Below are positions 42,521-56,627 of a stretch of DNA of 64,000 nt, one piece after another (the stretch's first letter is position 1; every line of letters starts with the position of its first letter). The stretch is from contig OZ024764.1 in assembly GCA_964016885.1 (NCBI GenBank), positions 14,322,001 through 14,386,000 on the forward strand, written 5' to 3'. The notes beneath the pieces were generated by a model. The model searched no databases. It saw only the letters and a list, made by a program, of their open reading frames with translations, and was not told the DNA's origin. The position numbers and the translations under genes are program-made. This stretch comes from Eledone cirrhosa. Its lineage: Eukaryota.

Positions 42521-43430
42521 ATCATCATCATCTCCGTTTTACGTCTGTTCTTCCACGCTAGCATGGGTTTAGAGGGGTTGTCCTGTTGTGTGAAGTGTCC
42601 GGTTGGCTGACCTTGTCTTCTTGCTCATACGGGAACTGATTCTGGCTTGATTTCTACAGCTGGATGCCCTTCCCAACACCAATCTCATTTACAGTGTGGG
42701 CTAGGTGCTTTTTTGCTGTGGCACCTCCACGTCCTATTTACAGTGTGGGCTGGGTGCTTTTTTTTCCGTGGCACCTACACGTCTACTTTACAGTGAGTGC
42801 TGGGTGCTTTTTTGCCATGGCACCTACACGTCCACTTTACAGTGTGGGCTGGATGCTTTTTTGCCATGGAACCTACACGTCCACTTTACAGTGTGGGCTG
42901 GGTGCTTTTTTGCCGTGGCACCTACACGTCCACTTTACAGTGTGGGCTGGGTGCTTTTTTGCCGCGGCACCTACACGTCCACTTTACAGTGTGGGCTGGG
43001 TGCTTTTTTTTCCGTGGCACCTACACGTCCACTTTACAGTGTGGGCTGGGTGCTTTTTTGCCATGGAACCTACACGTCCACTTTACAGTGTGGGCTGGGT
43101 GCTTTTTTGCCGTGGCACCTACACGTCCACTTTACAGTGTGGGCTGGGTGCTTTTTTGCCGTGGCACCTACACGTCCACTTTACAGTGTGGGCTGGGTGC
43201 TTTTTTGCCGTGGCACCTACACGTCCACTTTACAGTGTGGGCTGGGTGCTTTTTTGCCGTGGCACCTACACGTCCACTTTACAGTGTGGGCTGGGTGCTT
43301 TTTTGCTGTGGCACCTCCACGTCCACTTTACAGTGTGGGCTGGGTGCTTTTTTGCCATGGAACCTACACAACCACTTTGTAGTGGAATGATAGGGACCCA
43401 GTCCTGTCATCTCATTTCTACAGCTGAGTA
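42521..43430 (-). mobile_element. SINE family B with an internal 49-bp minisatellite expansion (~14 units)
   Basis: Unit ccgtggcacctacacgtccactttacagtgtgggctgggtgcttttttg, lying between SINE tail and SINE middle segments. Confidence 0.8.
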
Positions 43431-43457
43431 CTCTGTCGAATAATGGTTTTACTAGTT

Positions 43458-43652
43458 TAACCCTTTAGCATTTAAACCTGCGATATCTGTCCAAAATATC
43501 TCACCTCTTTCTGCTCAAACCAGCCACAACCGGCCACTCATACTGATGTTTAGGTATTGTTTTTAAAATAAATAATATCAAAATCTCATAGATTCAATAT
43601 TATGTGAGGTAAAGCCTTTACCACAAAAATACAATAGTATATATAGAGTAAT
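43458..43652 (+). mobile_element. piggyBac-like MITE left end (TTAA-CCCTTTAGCATT)
   Basis: TTAACCC terminus; homologues at 21083, 54071 and 61300(-). Confidence 0.5.
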
Positions 43653-43733
43653 TGTTTCTACTTTTTTACCAGTACATTACTGGTACTTTACTTTACCTAT
43701 AGCAATAATTGTTTCTACTTTTGGCACCAGTGT

Positions 43734-43965
43734 ATTACTGGTACTTATCAAGGTTTCGTGGTGTGAAGCAACAGAGTACAAGACTTCCCCCTGGACAGGA
43801 CACCAGTCCATTGCAGGGTTAAACCTCCGGCTATTACTGGTACTTATCAAGGTTTCGTGGTGTGAAGCAACAGAGTACAAGACTTCCCCCTGGACAGGAC
43901 ACCAGTCCATTGCAGAGTTAAACCTCCGGCTATTACTGGTACTTATCAAGGTTTCATGGTGTGAA
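43734..43965. repeat. 99-bp tandem (2.3 copies) of SINE-like sequence
   Basis: attactggtacttatcaagg..cccctggacaggacaccagtccattgcag repeated. Confidence 0.75.
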
Positions 43966-45082
43966 GTGACTGAGAGTATGCCCCTACAATATATAAATTA
44001 CTTTACCAATAATTTAAAGGACCAGATTTGTGACACACTATCACTGAATCTCTCTGAGAACTATGTTATGGGTACACGTGTCAGTGGAATACTCAACCAC
44101 TTACACTACAAAAGACGGACTGTAGCTGTAATGTTGATGATGGTGATGATGATGGTGTTGATGGTAGTGATGGCTATGGTGATGATGTTATTTACGATAG
44201 TTGTGGTGGTGGTGGTAGTGATGATGGTGGTAATGGTAGTGGTGGTGATGATGGTGGTGATGGTGGTAATGGTGGTGGTAATGACGGTGATGGTGGTAAT
44301 GATGGTAGTGATGGTGGTGGTGGTGGTGATGGTGGTAGTGATGGTGGTAATGATGATGGTAGTGATGGTGGTAGGATGGTAGTGATGGTGGTAGTGATGG
44401 TGGTGATGGTAGTGATGGTGGTAGTGATGATGATGGTGGTGGTGATGGTGGTGATGGTGGTGGTGATGGTAGTGATGGTGGTAATGATGATGGTAGTGAT
44501 GGTGGTGGTGGTGATAGTGGTAATGATGGTAGTGATGGTGGTAGTGGTGTTGTTAGTGATAATAGTGATGGTGGTTATGATGGTAGTGATGGTGGTGATG
44601 GTGGTGATGGTGGTGGTGATGGTGGTGATGGTGGTAATGATGGTAGTGATGGTGGTAATGATGGTAGTGGTGGTGGTTATGATGGTAGTGATGGTGGTAG
44701 TGATGATGGTAGTGATGGTGGTGGTAGTGATGGTGGTAGTAGTGATGGTGGTAGTGGTGGTAGTGATGGCGGTAATAGTTGCAATGTTATTGGTGAAAAT
44801 AGAAATGATGGTGATGATGGTAGTGGGATGTTAGAGACAATAATGATGGTGATGATGACGGAGGCGATGTTAGCAATAGTAGTGATGATGGTGGTGGTGA
44901 TGATGATGATGGTGATGGTAGCCACTTTATAACTTAAAAGCTTAACACAGTAATTAGTCTGTAGTAATAGGCCTTTGTTTAGATTTTTATTATATATATA
45001 TATATATATATATAATTTGTCAAGTCATGTGCTTTCAGGCTATATAATTAGGTCTATCTATGTGTGTGTGTGTGTATATATA

Positions 45083-45427
45083 TGGAGGCACATGGCTTAG
45101 TGGTTAGAGCATTGGCCTTGCAATCGAAAGGTTGTGAGTTCAATTCTCAGACCGAGGGATGTGTTGTTTCCTTGAGCAAGACACTTTATTTCACATTGCT
45201 CCAGTTTACTCAGCTGTAGAAATGAGATGATAGGACTGGGGTCCATATCATTCCACTGCAAAGTGGTCGTGGAGGTGCCACGGCAAAAAAGCACCCAGCA
45301 CTCACTGTAAATGAGGTTGGTGTGAGGAAGGGCATCCAGCTGTAGAAATCAACCCAGAATCAGTTCCCGTCCCACCCTTGCAAGCAGGGACAAAGCAGAC
45401 GTAAAATGAAATGATGATGATGATGAT
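45083..45427 (+). mobile_element. full-length SINE family B
   Basis: As 33973. Confidence 0.8.
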
Positions 45428-45996
45428 ATATATATATATATATATCATCATCATCATATATGTACTAGTGAGGTGTTTGGTGGTTAATGTGTGTATATAT
45501 TATTAAATACACCCTTCTGGATTGACATATGAAGACTAGGTAGCTTTATTTATAGCAGTGTGCTTCTGGCAAAAACACATACGCACAAAAAAAAGTAGAA
45601 AAATAACGCAGGCTGTATTTGAGTTCAACATTCTCTGTTTGTGTGTGTTTATATGAATTTGTATGTATATATATATATATGTATGTGTATATGTGTGTGT
45701 GTGCATATAGATATATATATATAAAAATTGGGCGAACGCCATGGAAAAACAAAAAAAAAACACACAACAGCCCTTTCTCATCAGTTGACCTCTGGGCGTC
45801 CCCACGATTTTAGAGCCCAAGGCATTCTTTCAAATTGATATGTTTATATATGACTCACCTTCCCTTGCACACGGACTTAAACTTACATTCAATAAGCCCC
45901 TCTTAATCCAATATACACCCCACACACCCTACACCCCCCTCCCATTTCCACCTGCACCACCCGTCCTCTGTAAAGTTATGTTGGTACCACAAAACA

Positions 45997-46490
45997 TCCA
46001 GTCCACACTGTAAAGTGCTCGTGTAGGTGTCACAACAAAAAGTACCCAGTCCACACTGTAAAGTGGTCGTGTAGGTGTCACGACAAAAAGCACCCAGTCC
46101 ACACTGTAAAGTGGTTGTGTAGGTGTCACAGCAAAAAGCACCCAGTCCACACTGTAAAGTGGTTGTGTAGGTGTCACAGCAAAAAGCACCCAGTCCACAC
46201 TGTAAAGTGGTCATGTAGGTGTCACGACAAAAAGCACCCAGTCCACACTGTAAAGTGGTTGTGTAGGTGTCACGACAAAAAGCACCCAGTCCACACTGTA
46301 AAGTAGTTGTGTAGGTGTCACAGCAAAAAGCACCCAGTCCACACTGTAAAGTGGTCATGTAGGTGTCACAGCAAAAAGCACCCAGTCCACACTGTAAAGT
46401 GGTCGTGTAGGTGTCACAGCAAAAAGCACCCAGTCCACACTGTAAAGTAGTTGTGTAGGAGAAACGGCAAAAACTCACAGTCCACGCTAG
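45997..46490. repeat. 48-bp minisatellite derived from SINE family B
   Basis: cagtccacactgtaaagtggttgtgtaggtgtcacagcaaaaagcacc, about 10 copies. Confidence 0.9.
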
Positions 46491-47457
46491 GAAAAGCACT
46501 CTACGATACACAACTCATCCATCATTGATGTTGATTCCCGTGACTGGTGTAGGAGCGGAGTTAAATATTAATTTAATACAAATAATAGGAGACATCATCA
46601 GGTGTGGATTGCATAATTAATCAATAAAAGGAATTACTACGGCAAACACACAGAATACCAGGCTTCAAGTTCCAGTTATGGCTACCCCTCTATAGTGAAG
46701 TAGGAGATCAAAAACTGGTCCCTATCATCAGGTGCATTTTTAAATTTGTCCTTCTGTTTGATGATAGGGTCCAGTTTTTGAATTGCCTCCACTATACATA
46801 GGTGTAAGCTGCAACAACATGATTGGACTGGGGTCCCTATCATTAAAACAACCAAGAAATCTACCAGATACTGTTTGGGAGGAGGCCAGGTAAATCTCAA
46901 TATGATAGGACTGGGGTTCCTATCATTAACACACCTTAGAAAGCTCATACTAGACCTACATAGGTGTCATCATCATCATCATCATCATCATCAACGTTTA
47001 ACGTCCGTGTTCCACGCTTGCATGGGTTTGGACGGGGGTATTCCCACTTGAGGCAAGAGTGATTGTCTTGCTCGCATAGGACTGTCTGGCAGGTTTTCTA
47101 CAGTTGGATGCCCTTCCTAACACCAACCACATTTACAGTGTGGGTCTGTGAGCTTAAAAACATCAAAATGTTAGAACTGGGGACCCTGTCATTAAAACAT
47201 TCAAGAAACCTATGTATATACAACCTTGATAAGAGGCCAGCTAAACCTACATAGGTGAGCTGTAACAACATGATAGGACTCGGGCCCCTATCATTAAAAC
47301 ACCCAAGAAACCTCCTATGAGATATACCCCCTGAGGAAGCCTGTTAAATTCACATATGTGTGAACTGTAAATTTTATTTCAATACTTTTCCCTGGTGCAA
47401 ACCCTTGAAGTCGGTTCTTTTGACATGCAGTTACACCTTGCACCTGTTCTACACCAA

Positions 47458-47489
<32 letters not shown>

Positions 47490-47499
<10 letters not shown>

Positions 47500-47676
47500 T
47501 GTAAACTAGATGTTTGTATATATATATATATATATACACACACTGTAAACTAGATGTTTGTATATATATATATACACACTGTAAACTAGATGTGTGTGTA
47601 TATATATATATATATATACACACTGTAAACTAGATGTTTGTATATATATATATATACACACTGTAAACTAGATGTT

Positions 47677-47727
<51 letters not shown>

Positions 47728-47784
47728 TGTAAACTAGATGTTTGTATATATATATATATATATACACACTGTAAACTAGATGTT

Positions 47785-47821
<37 letters not shown>

Positions 47822-47831
47822 TGTAAACTAG

Positions 47832-47871
<40 letters not shown>

Positions 47872-47888
47872 TGTAAACTAGATGTTTG

Positions 47889-47919
<31 letters not shown>

Positions 47920-48014
47920 TGTAAACTAGATGTTTGTATATATATATATATATATATACACACTGTAAACTAGATGTTTGTATATATATATATATATACA
48001 CACTGTAAACTAGA

Positions 48015-48053
<39 letters not shown>

Positions 48054-48112
48054 TGTAAACTAGATGTGTGTATATATATATATATATATACACACACTGT
48101 AAACTAGATGTT

Positions 48113-48120
<8 letters not shown>
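47490..48120. repeat. compound repeat: fixed cacactgtaaactagatgtttg spacer with variable (TA)n
   Basis: About 15 units. Confidence 0.9.
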
Positions 48121-48158
<38 letters not shown>

Positions 48159-48553
48159 GAGCATACATAAATGCAGTGTAGATATATTTACTGATAAACT
48201 ATACACGTTTTCTGAACTAGATGTATATATACACACTCATCTCCCCCCCCTCTCGCTCTGTCTATATATATATTTATATATATATATACACACACACAAT
48301 GTCTAAGCTACAAATTGAATTTTGGGTGCATCCTGCTTCTTTCTAATATGTTTTTTTTTTTATTCCTCCGAAGATGTAGAAGTATAACGTGTATGTATGT
48401 ATGTATGTATATGTGTGTATGTATATGTGTGTATGTATGTATGTATGTATATGTGTGTATGTATGTATGTATATGTATGTATGTATGTATGTATCTATAT
48501 GTGTGTATGTATATGTGTGTATGTATGTATGTATATGTGTGTATGTATGTATG

Positions 48554-48585
<32 letters not shown>

Positions 48586-49679
48586 TGTATATGTGTATGT
48601 ATGTATGTATGTATATGTGTGTATGTATGTATGTCTGTATATGTGTCTATGTATGTATGTATGTATATGTGTGTATGTATGTATGTATGTATGTATGTAT
48701 GTGTGTGTATGTATGTATGTATATGTGTGTGTGTATGTATGTATGTATGTATGTATGTATGTATATGTGTATGTATGTATGTATGTATATGTGTGTATGT
48801 ATGTATATATATATGTGTGTATATGTATGTATGTATATATGTGTATATGTATGTATATATATGTGTGTATATGTATGTATGTATATATATGTGTGTATAT
48901 GTATTATGTATATATATGTGTATATGTATTATGTATATATATGTGTGTATATGTATTATGTATATATATGTGTGTATATGTATGTATATATATGTGTGTA
49001 TATGTATTATGTATATATATGTGTGTATATGTATTATGTATATATATGTGTGTATATGTATTATGTATATATATGTGTGTATATGTATGTATATATATGT
49101 GTGTATATGTATTATGTATATATATGTGTGTATATGTATGTATATATATGTATATGAATTTCGTATATCTAAAGACATGTCGTATGTTTAATAAATAAAC
49201 ATTTTGAAAGCCTCAGCTATGAATAGAAGACTGGCAGTCAGCGCCACCGAGTGGAGTCCAGCAGAAGCAAGGGGGATAATTGTCTATGCATTTCAAACTT
49301 GAATGGTACTTATCAGGACAATGCTTTCCTCTTTCTACTGCTGGACTTTGAGACAGGTGAAAGTGAAAATATAGAGTTTTTTGCCTGGGTAGGTGGGCTG
49401 ATTCACCTCATTTGCATACAAAGCTGTATAAGTTGGCTCAACTTAAAATAGATTTAGAATTTAGCTTCGACAGCTGTATACAATTATGTATGTGGATTTC
49501 ATATATCTAAAGATATGTGTTACGTTTAATGAATAAACATTTCGAAAGCCATAGTTATGAATAGAAAACTGACAGCAGCAATATCGAGCAGAGTCCAGCA
49601 GGATTGTACGCCCCTATCTTGAATTTATATATATATAGTATTACTATATTTATATATATAATATATTTATATAAAAACA

Positions 49680-50355
49680 CACAGTCCACGCTGTAAATGT
49701 GGCCGTGTAGGTAACATGGTAAAAACCTCCTAGCCCCACACTGTAAATGTGGTTGGTGTTAGGAAGGGCATCCAGCCGTAGAAAACCTGCCACACAGTCC
49801 ACGCTGTAAATGTGGCCGTGTAGGTAACACGGTAAAAACCTCCCAGCCCCACACTGTAAATGTGGTTGGTTTAAGGAAGGGCATCCAGCTGTAGAAAACC
49901 CGCCAGACAGTCCACGCTGTAATGTGGCCGTGTAGGCAACACGGTAAAAACCTCCCAGCCCCACACTGTAAATGTGGTTGGTGTTAGGAAGGGCATCCAA
50001 CTGTAGAAAACCCGCCAGACAGTCCACGCTGTAATGTGGCCGTGTAGGCAACACGGTAAAAACCTCCCAGCCCCACACTGTAAATGTGGTTGGTGTTAGG
50101 AAGGGCATCCAACTGTAGAAAACCCGCCAGACAGTCCACGCTGTAATGTGGCCGTGTAGGTAACACGGTAAAAACCTCCCAGCCCCACACTGTAAACGTG
50201 GTTGGTGTTAGGAAGGGCATCCAGCCGTAGAAAACCAGCCAGACAGTCCTATGCGAGCAAGACAACCACTCTTGCCTCAAGTGGGAAAACTCCTGTCCAA
50301 ACCCATGCAAGCATAGAATATGGACGTTAAACGATGATGATGATGATGATGATGA
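49680..50355 (+). repeat. 112-113-bp tandem inside a SINE-B-related element with a (GAT)n tail
   Basis: Five units containing ggaagggcatccagc; ends ggacgttaaacgatgatg. Confidence 0.85.
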
Positions 50356-50479
50356 TATATATATATATAGTAATAATAATAAATGTGAAGACTAAAATCC
50401 AAAGAGGGCTCAATAAGGATAAATATATATCAAATATATAAGAACCATAGAGCAAATATTTATTAAAATAACAGATTAA

Positions 50480-50531
50480 AGTTTAAGCAAAGAATCGCTG
50501 CTTTCACCCTTAACGGGATCTTCTGAAACTA
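50480..50531 (-). ncRNA. family C variant hammerhead (best-paired copy)
   Basis: AGTTT-CAGAAGA-TCCC-gttaa-GGGT-GAAAGCA-gcgattctt-TGCTT-AAACT. Confidence 0.6.
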
Positions 50532-50748
50532 AAAAAAAATCAATCTGTGAACGCAGAAGTAAATATTTCGAAAAATGTTGCAACCGAAGGAAAAGAAGAA
50601 GATGATAGTTTGGTTCGTGAAGACGTTCTCTGGCAATGAACGGAAAAAAGCGAAGATAATACGTCGTTATGTGGAGCAATGAGAACAATTACATGCAAAG
50701 ACAAAATATAGTGTGTAGAGGTACGTAAGGAGCGTAAAAAATAAAAAT

Positions 50749-50927
50749 AATTGTTTCTACTTTAGGCACAAGGCCAGCAATTACCCCAGTGCATTACTGG
50801 TACTTTATTTTATCGACCCCGTAAGGAAGAAAGGCAAAGTCAACCTCGGCGGGATTTGAACTCAGATTGTAAAGGGACGTAACTATGCTGGAAAGCATGG
50901 CATCCGACCCTCTACCGATACTGCCAA
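50749..50927 (-). mobile_element. SINE family A
   Basis: Same motif as 17961. Confidence 0.75.
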
Positions 50928-51139
50928 ACACGAGATAGTTACCTTGGGAGAGATTTAATTGTCCCCATATTTCGGATTCACATCCATCAACTGGGGGGTT
51001 TTCCGGGGGGGGGGGGGAACGGTTATCTGTCGGAGAGGAATGAAACGTGTCCTCTGCTGTTGGCCGTTCGTAACTAATTCAATAAAATGTAAATACTTTG
51101 CTTAAACTTTAATTTGTTATTTTAATAAATATATTTATA

Positions 51140-51533
51140 GAGGCACATGGCTTAGTGGTTAGAGCATTGGGTTTGCAATCAAAAGGTTGTGAGTTCGATT
51201 CTTGGACCAAGTGATGTGTTATGTCCTTGAGCAAGACACTTTATTTCACATTGCTCCAGTTTACTCAGCTGTAGAAATGAGATGATAGGGACCGGGGTCC
51301 ATATCATTCCACTGTAAAGTGGTCGTGGAGGTGCCATGGCAAAAAAGCACCCAGCACTCACTGTAAATGAGGTTGGTGTTAGGAAGGGCATCCAGCTGTA
51401 GAAATAAAGCCAGAATCAGTTCCCGTATGAGCAAGACAAGGTCAGCCGACCGGACACTGCCCACAACAGAACAACCCGTCTAACCCATGCTAACGTGGAA
51501 GAACGGACGTAAAACAATGATGATGATGATGAT
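51140..51533 (+). mobile_element. full-length SINE family B
   Basis: As 33973, with an alternative tail variant. Confidence 0.8.
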
Positions 51534-51759
51534 GTCTGTCTCTTTCACTATCACCTCCCACTCCCCCATGACATATCTTTCTCTCACCTCTCTCACCTAT
51601 CCTGTGGCTCAATTGATCTTGTGATGAATTAATCAGATTAAATGGGATTAAAATCATCACCTTCTTTCTATCTTTCTCTCCCCCTCACCTTTCCTTCCTC
51701 ACCTTCTTTCTCCCCCTCTCTATATATCTTTCTTTTTCACCTTTTCTTCCCTTACTATC

Positions 51760-51814
<55 letters not shown>

Positions 51815-52329
51815 CCTCCCCACTCTCTATCTCTCTCTCTCTCCTCACTGTCAATCTATCTATCTCTCCTCTTTCTCTCTCTGTCTCCCTCCCCTCTCTC
51901 TCTCTCCCTGTCTCCCTCCCCTCTCTCTCTCTCTCTCTCTGTCCCCCTTCTCTCTCCACCCTCTATCTCACTCTCACCCCACTCTTACTCCCTCACTCTC
52001 ACCCCACTCTCACTCCCTCTCTCTCTCCCCCTCTCTCTCTCACTCCCCCTCTCTCTCTCACTCCCCCTCTCTCTCTCTCCCTCTCTCTCTCTCACTCCCC
52101 CTCTCTCTATCCCCCTCTCTCTCACTCCCCCTCTCTTTATCCCCCCCTCTCTCTGTCTCTCTCTCTGTCTGTTTCTCTCTCTATCCCCCTCTCTCTCACT
52201 CCCTCTCTTTATCCCCCCCCCTCTCTCTCTCATCTAAATACTGTTTTACCAAGTTGTCAGCATGGTTCTGTTGTTAAGAAGTTTTCTATTCCAATCATGT
52301 GTCTCTGTGTCCAAAGTCCCTATAGTAAT

Positions 52330-52546
52330 GGCTTCTACTATAGGCACAAGGCCAGCAATGTGTGTGTGTGTGTGTGTGGGGGGGTTAAGTCTATTAAACC
52401 GACCCCAGTACATTACTGGTACGTCATTTTCTCGACACCATAAGAATCAAAGGCAAAGCTAACCTCCGCGGGATTTGAACCCAGAATGGAAAGGGTCATA
52501 AATCTACGGTGTCCACCGCTCTACCGACTCTGCCAATCCACCGCCC
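52330..52546 (-). mobile_element. SINE family A variant
   Basis: Head gggcggtggattggcagag and central motif. Confidence 0.65.
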
Positions 52547-52569
52547 TAATAACAATAATAATAATAATG

Positions 52570-53262
52570 ATTTCATTTATTAGCCACAAGGGCCGACATG
52601 TAGGGGACAATACAAAGACAGGGACAGTGGGGGGTTTACAATAAGGTCGAGTAAAAGTGCACAATGGCAAGACTAATTTAACAATGAAAATATAAAATAT
52701 AAAATAAACTATGCAAAATATAACAAAATAAATTCCCCGATAGGGGGTGGACGACCCTGGGGTGATTCGGGTACCCCACCAATCCTGAACCACCCTGCGC
52801 TTCTAGGGCACCCAGGAGAGCACCCCTCTCCTCAAGTTAGCCAGCCTATAGGCGCATGGTCAGAGTAGGCCCATTAACACGAGCCATTCTCGCCACATTC
52901 ACCCACCTTTTAGCAAATGTACTGGGGGGGGGGGGGGGGGGGCAGCACTTCTCTCTCCACCCTCACCCTCCTTTCCAGGTGAAACTTGAAGAAGTTGATG
53001 AGGGATTGGCCGAAGAGAAAAGTGTCTGTCTTTAGTCCTTTCAACCTGGTCCACCATATAATTTCTTTCGCAACTGCCACCAGACAGAGGAAAATGTCCT
53101 GCTCTACCTGACCTAAGGAAGGTGGCGGCTCGATCTTCACTATGGACTTGGCCGATAACTGGATTCGTTCCACACGCGACAGTAGCTGTTCGACATAACT
53201 CCACAAGTCAGTAATGCACGGACATTGGACAAGTGCGTGCAGAACGGTTTCGTCGTTCTGTG
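52570..53262 (-). mobile_element. Tx1-like LINE 3' fragment, (ATT)n-tailed subfamily
   Basis: ETVLHALVQCP..KEIIWWTRLKGL; (AAT)n on both flanks. Confidence 0.75.
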
Positions 53263-53315
53263 CAATAATAATAATAATAATAATAATTCTGTGCAACAAT
53301 AATAATAATAATAAT

Positions 53316-53741
53316 AATTGTTTCTACTTTTGGCACAAGGCCAGCAATTACCCCAGTACATTACTGGTACATTATTTTATCAACACCGTAATAATTGTTT
53401 CTACTTTTGGCACAAGGCCAGCAATTACCCCAGTGTATTACTGGTACTTTATTTTATCGACCCCGTAATAACTGTTTCTACTGTTGGCACAAGGCCAGCA
53501 ATTACCCCAGTGTATTACTGGTACTTTATTTTATCGACCCCGTAATAATTGTTTCTACTTTTGGCACAAGGCCACCAATTACCCCAGTACATTACTGGTA
53601 CATTATTTTATCAACACCGTAATAACTGTTTCTACTTTAGGCACAGGGCCAGCAATTACCCCAGTGTATTACTGGTACTTTATTTTATCGACCCCCGTAA
53701 GGATGAAAGGCAAAGTTAACCTCGGTGGGATTTGAACTCAG
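53316..53741 (-). repeat. 77-bp tandem (5 copies) of the SINE A 3' portion
   Basis: tgtttctacttttggcacaaggccagcaattacccc.. repeated. Confidence 0.85.
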
Positions 53742-53754
53742 TAATAATAATAAT

Positions 53755-54057
53755 AGTTTCTTTATTAACCACAAGGGTTGACACAAAGTATTACATTAAG
53801 TACAGTACAGGACGGTACAAACGGGCATTTCTGCATGTGACAAAAAAAAAAACAAACAATGAAAATTCCCCCAATAGGGGGGAAGACTTCTGAGGGTCCC
53901 TCGTGGAGAAAGCCAACAAAAAATGCCACGGTTACCCTGACCACTAGGGCAAGTGCCCTCTTCCAGTTTACCTCCCACGCTCAAGGTAGGCCCATTCACA
54001 CGGGCCATTCTTGCCTGTCTCACCCACCTTTCAACAAACTGGCTGGAAGGCAGCGTT
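53755..54057 (-). mobile_element. Tx1-like LINE 3' end
   Basis: FVERWVRQARMARVNGP; AATAAA and (ATT)n tail. Confidence 0.7.
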
Positions 54058-54209
54058 TCATGTTTAATGTTTAACCCTTTAGCATTTAAACAGACCATAG
54101 CCGGCCAGAATTCTCTCACCTCTTTTAGTTCAAAATGGCTGTATCTGGCCGCTCATACTGGTGTTAAGGTATTGTACTTAAAATAAATAACATCAAAGTA
54201 AGGTAAAGA

Positions 54210-56267
54210 TTTTACCGTGAAAATACAATAGTAAATATAGAGTAATGTAAATGTTATGTGAGATATTATGTGAGGTAAAGCCTTTACTGTGAAAATACAA
54301 TAGTAAATATAGAGTAATGTAAATGTTATGTGAGATATTATGTGAGGTAAAGCCTTTACTGTGAAAATACAATAGTAAATATAGAGTAATGTAAATGTTA
54401 TGTGAGATATTATGTGAGGTAAAGCCTTTACTGTGACAATACAATAGTATATATAGAGTAATGTAAATGTTATGTGAGATATTATGTGAGGTAAAGCCTT
54501 TACTGTGAAAATACAATAGTAAATATAGAGTAATGTAAATGTTATGTGAGATATTATGTGAGGTAAAGCCTTTACTGTGAAAATACAATAGTAAATATAG
54601 AGTAATGTAAATGTTATGTGAGATATTATGTGAGGTAAAGCCTTTACTGTGAAAATACAATAGTAAATATAGAGTAATGTAAATGTTATGTGAGATATTA
54701 TGTGAGGTAAAGCCTTTACTGTGACAATACAATAGTATATATAGAGTAATGTAAATGTTATGTGAGATATTATGTGAGGTAAAGCCTTTACTGTGAAAAT
54801 ACAATAGTAAATATAGAGTAATGTAAATGTTATGTGAGATATTATGTGAGGTAAAGCCTTTACTGTGAAAATACAATAGTAAATATAGAGTAATGTAAAT
54901 GTTATGTGAGATATTATGTGAGGTAAAGCCTTTACTGTGAAAATACAATAGTAAATATAGAGTAATGTAAATGTTATGTGAGATATTATGTGAGGTAAAG
55001 CCTTTACTGTGACAATACAATAGTATATATAGAGTAATGTAAATGTTATGTGAGATATTATGTGAGGTAAAGCCTTTACTGTGAAAATACAATAGTAAAT
55101 ATAGAGTAATGTAAATGTTATGTGAGATATTATGTGAGGTAAAGCCTTTACTGTGAAAATACAATAGTAAATATAGAGTAATGTAAATGTTATGTGAGAT
55201 ATTATGTGAGGTAAAGCCTTTACTGTGACAATACAATAGTATATATAGAGTAATGTAAATGTTATGTGAGATATTATGTGAGGTAAAGCCTTTACTGTGA
55301 AAATACAATAGTATATATAGAGCAATGTAAATGTTATGTGAGATATTATGTGAGGTAAAGCCTTTACTGTGAAAATACAATAGTATATATAGAGTAATGT
55401 AAATGTTATGTGAGATATTATGTGAGGTAAAGCCTTTACTGTGACAATACAATAGTATATATAGAGCAATGTAAATGTTATGTGAGATATTATGTGAGGT
55501 AAAGCCTTTACTGTGAAAATACAATAGTATATATAGAGTAATGTAAATGTTATGTGAGATATTATGTGAGGTAAAGCCTTTACTGTGAAAATACAATAGT
55601 AGATATAGAGTAATGTAAATGTTATGTGAGATATTATGTGAGGTAAAGCCTTTACTGTGAAAATACAATAGTATATATAGAGTAATGTAAATGTTATGTG
55701 AGATATTATGTGAGGTAAAGCCTTTACTGTGACAATACAATAGTATATATAGAGTAATGTAAATGTTATGTGAGATATTATGTGAGGTAAGGCCTTTACT
55801 GTGAAAATACAATAGTATATATAGAGTAATGTAAATGTTATGTGAGGTAAAGCCTTTACTGTGAAAATACAATAGTATATATAGAGTAATGTAAATGTTA
55901 TGTGAGGTAAAGCCTTTACTGTGAAAATACAATAGTATATATAGAGTAATGTAAATGTTATGTGAGGTAAAGCCTTTACTGTGAAAATACAATAGTATAT
56001 ATAGAGTAATGTAAATGTTATGTGAGGTAAAGCCTTTACTGTGAAAATACAATAGTAGATATAGAGTAATGTAAATGTTATGTGAGGTAAAGCCTTTACT
56101 GTGAAAATACAATAGTATATATAGAGTAATGTAAATGTTATGTGAGGTAAAGCCTTTACTGTGAAAATACAATAGTAGATATAGAGTAATGTAAATGTTA
56201 TGTGAGGTAAAGCCTTTACTGTGAAAATACAATAGTAGATATAGAGTAATGTAAATGTTATGTGAAG
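54210..56267. repeat. 72-bp satellite switching to 60-bp units at about 55800
   Basis: Unit ..gagatattatgtgaggtaaagcctttactgtgaaaatacaatagtaaatatagagtaatgtaaatgttatgt..; preceded by the MITE end at 54071. Confidence 0.95.
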
Positions 56268-56277
56268 GAAAGGTCTT

Positions 56278-56310
56278 AACATTTTGGACGCTGGTCCTTC
56301 ATCAGAAAAT
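56278..56310 (-). ncRNA. degenerate minimal hammerhead
   Basis: CTGATGA-AGGAC-cagc-GTCC-AAAATGTT (GAAACGTT with apparent CpG decay). Confidence 0.4.
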
Positions 56311-56627
56311 AGAATGAGAAATTAAAGAAGAAATAGAAAAATAGAGGTGAGGGGGGGGGGGGGTGATTGGGGGCTGGAAAAAACAGGTCTGTTTATTTCT
56401 CCATCTATATATGTATATTATATCAAACCAACTGACAGTTATCATGCCCTATATTAAACTATTTCACTCCTACACACACCCCCTCACCACCAGCACCGGT
56501 CCATCGCACTTGCACTACTCGTGCCAGAGGGGGGGGGGGGTCGTATAAGAGGGGCTGAGGAGGGGGGGGGGGGGTTTACATTAGTGTGTCAATGTCTCAT
56601 TGACTAGCACTCAGCTCCTGTCATAGA

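Noticed and set aside
47490-48120. CRISPR-like pattern of a constant repeat with variable spacers (also 62340-63515)
   Set aside because: The spacers are only variable-length (TA)n or (CA)n; eukaryotic context and no cas genes.
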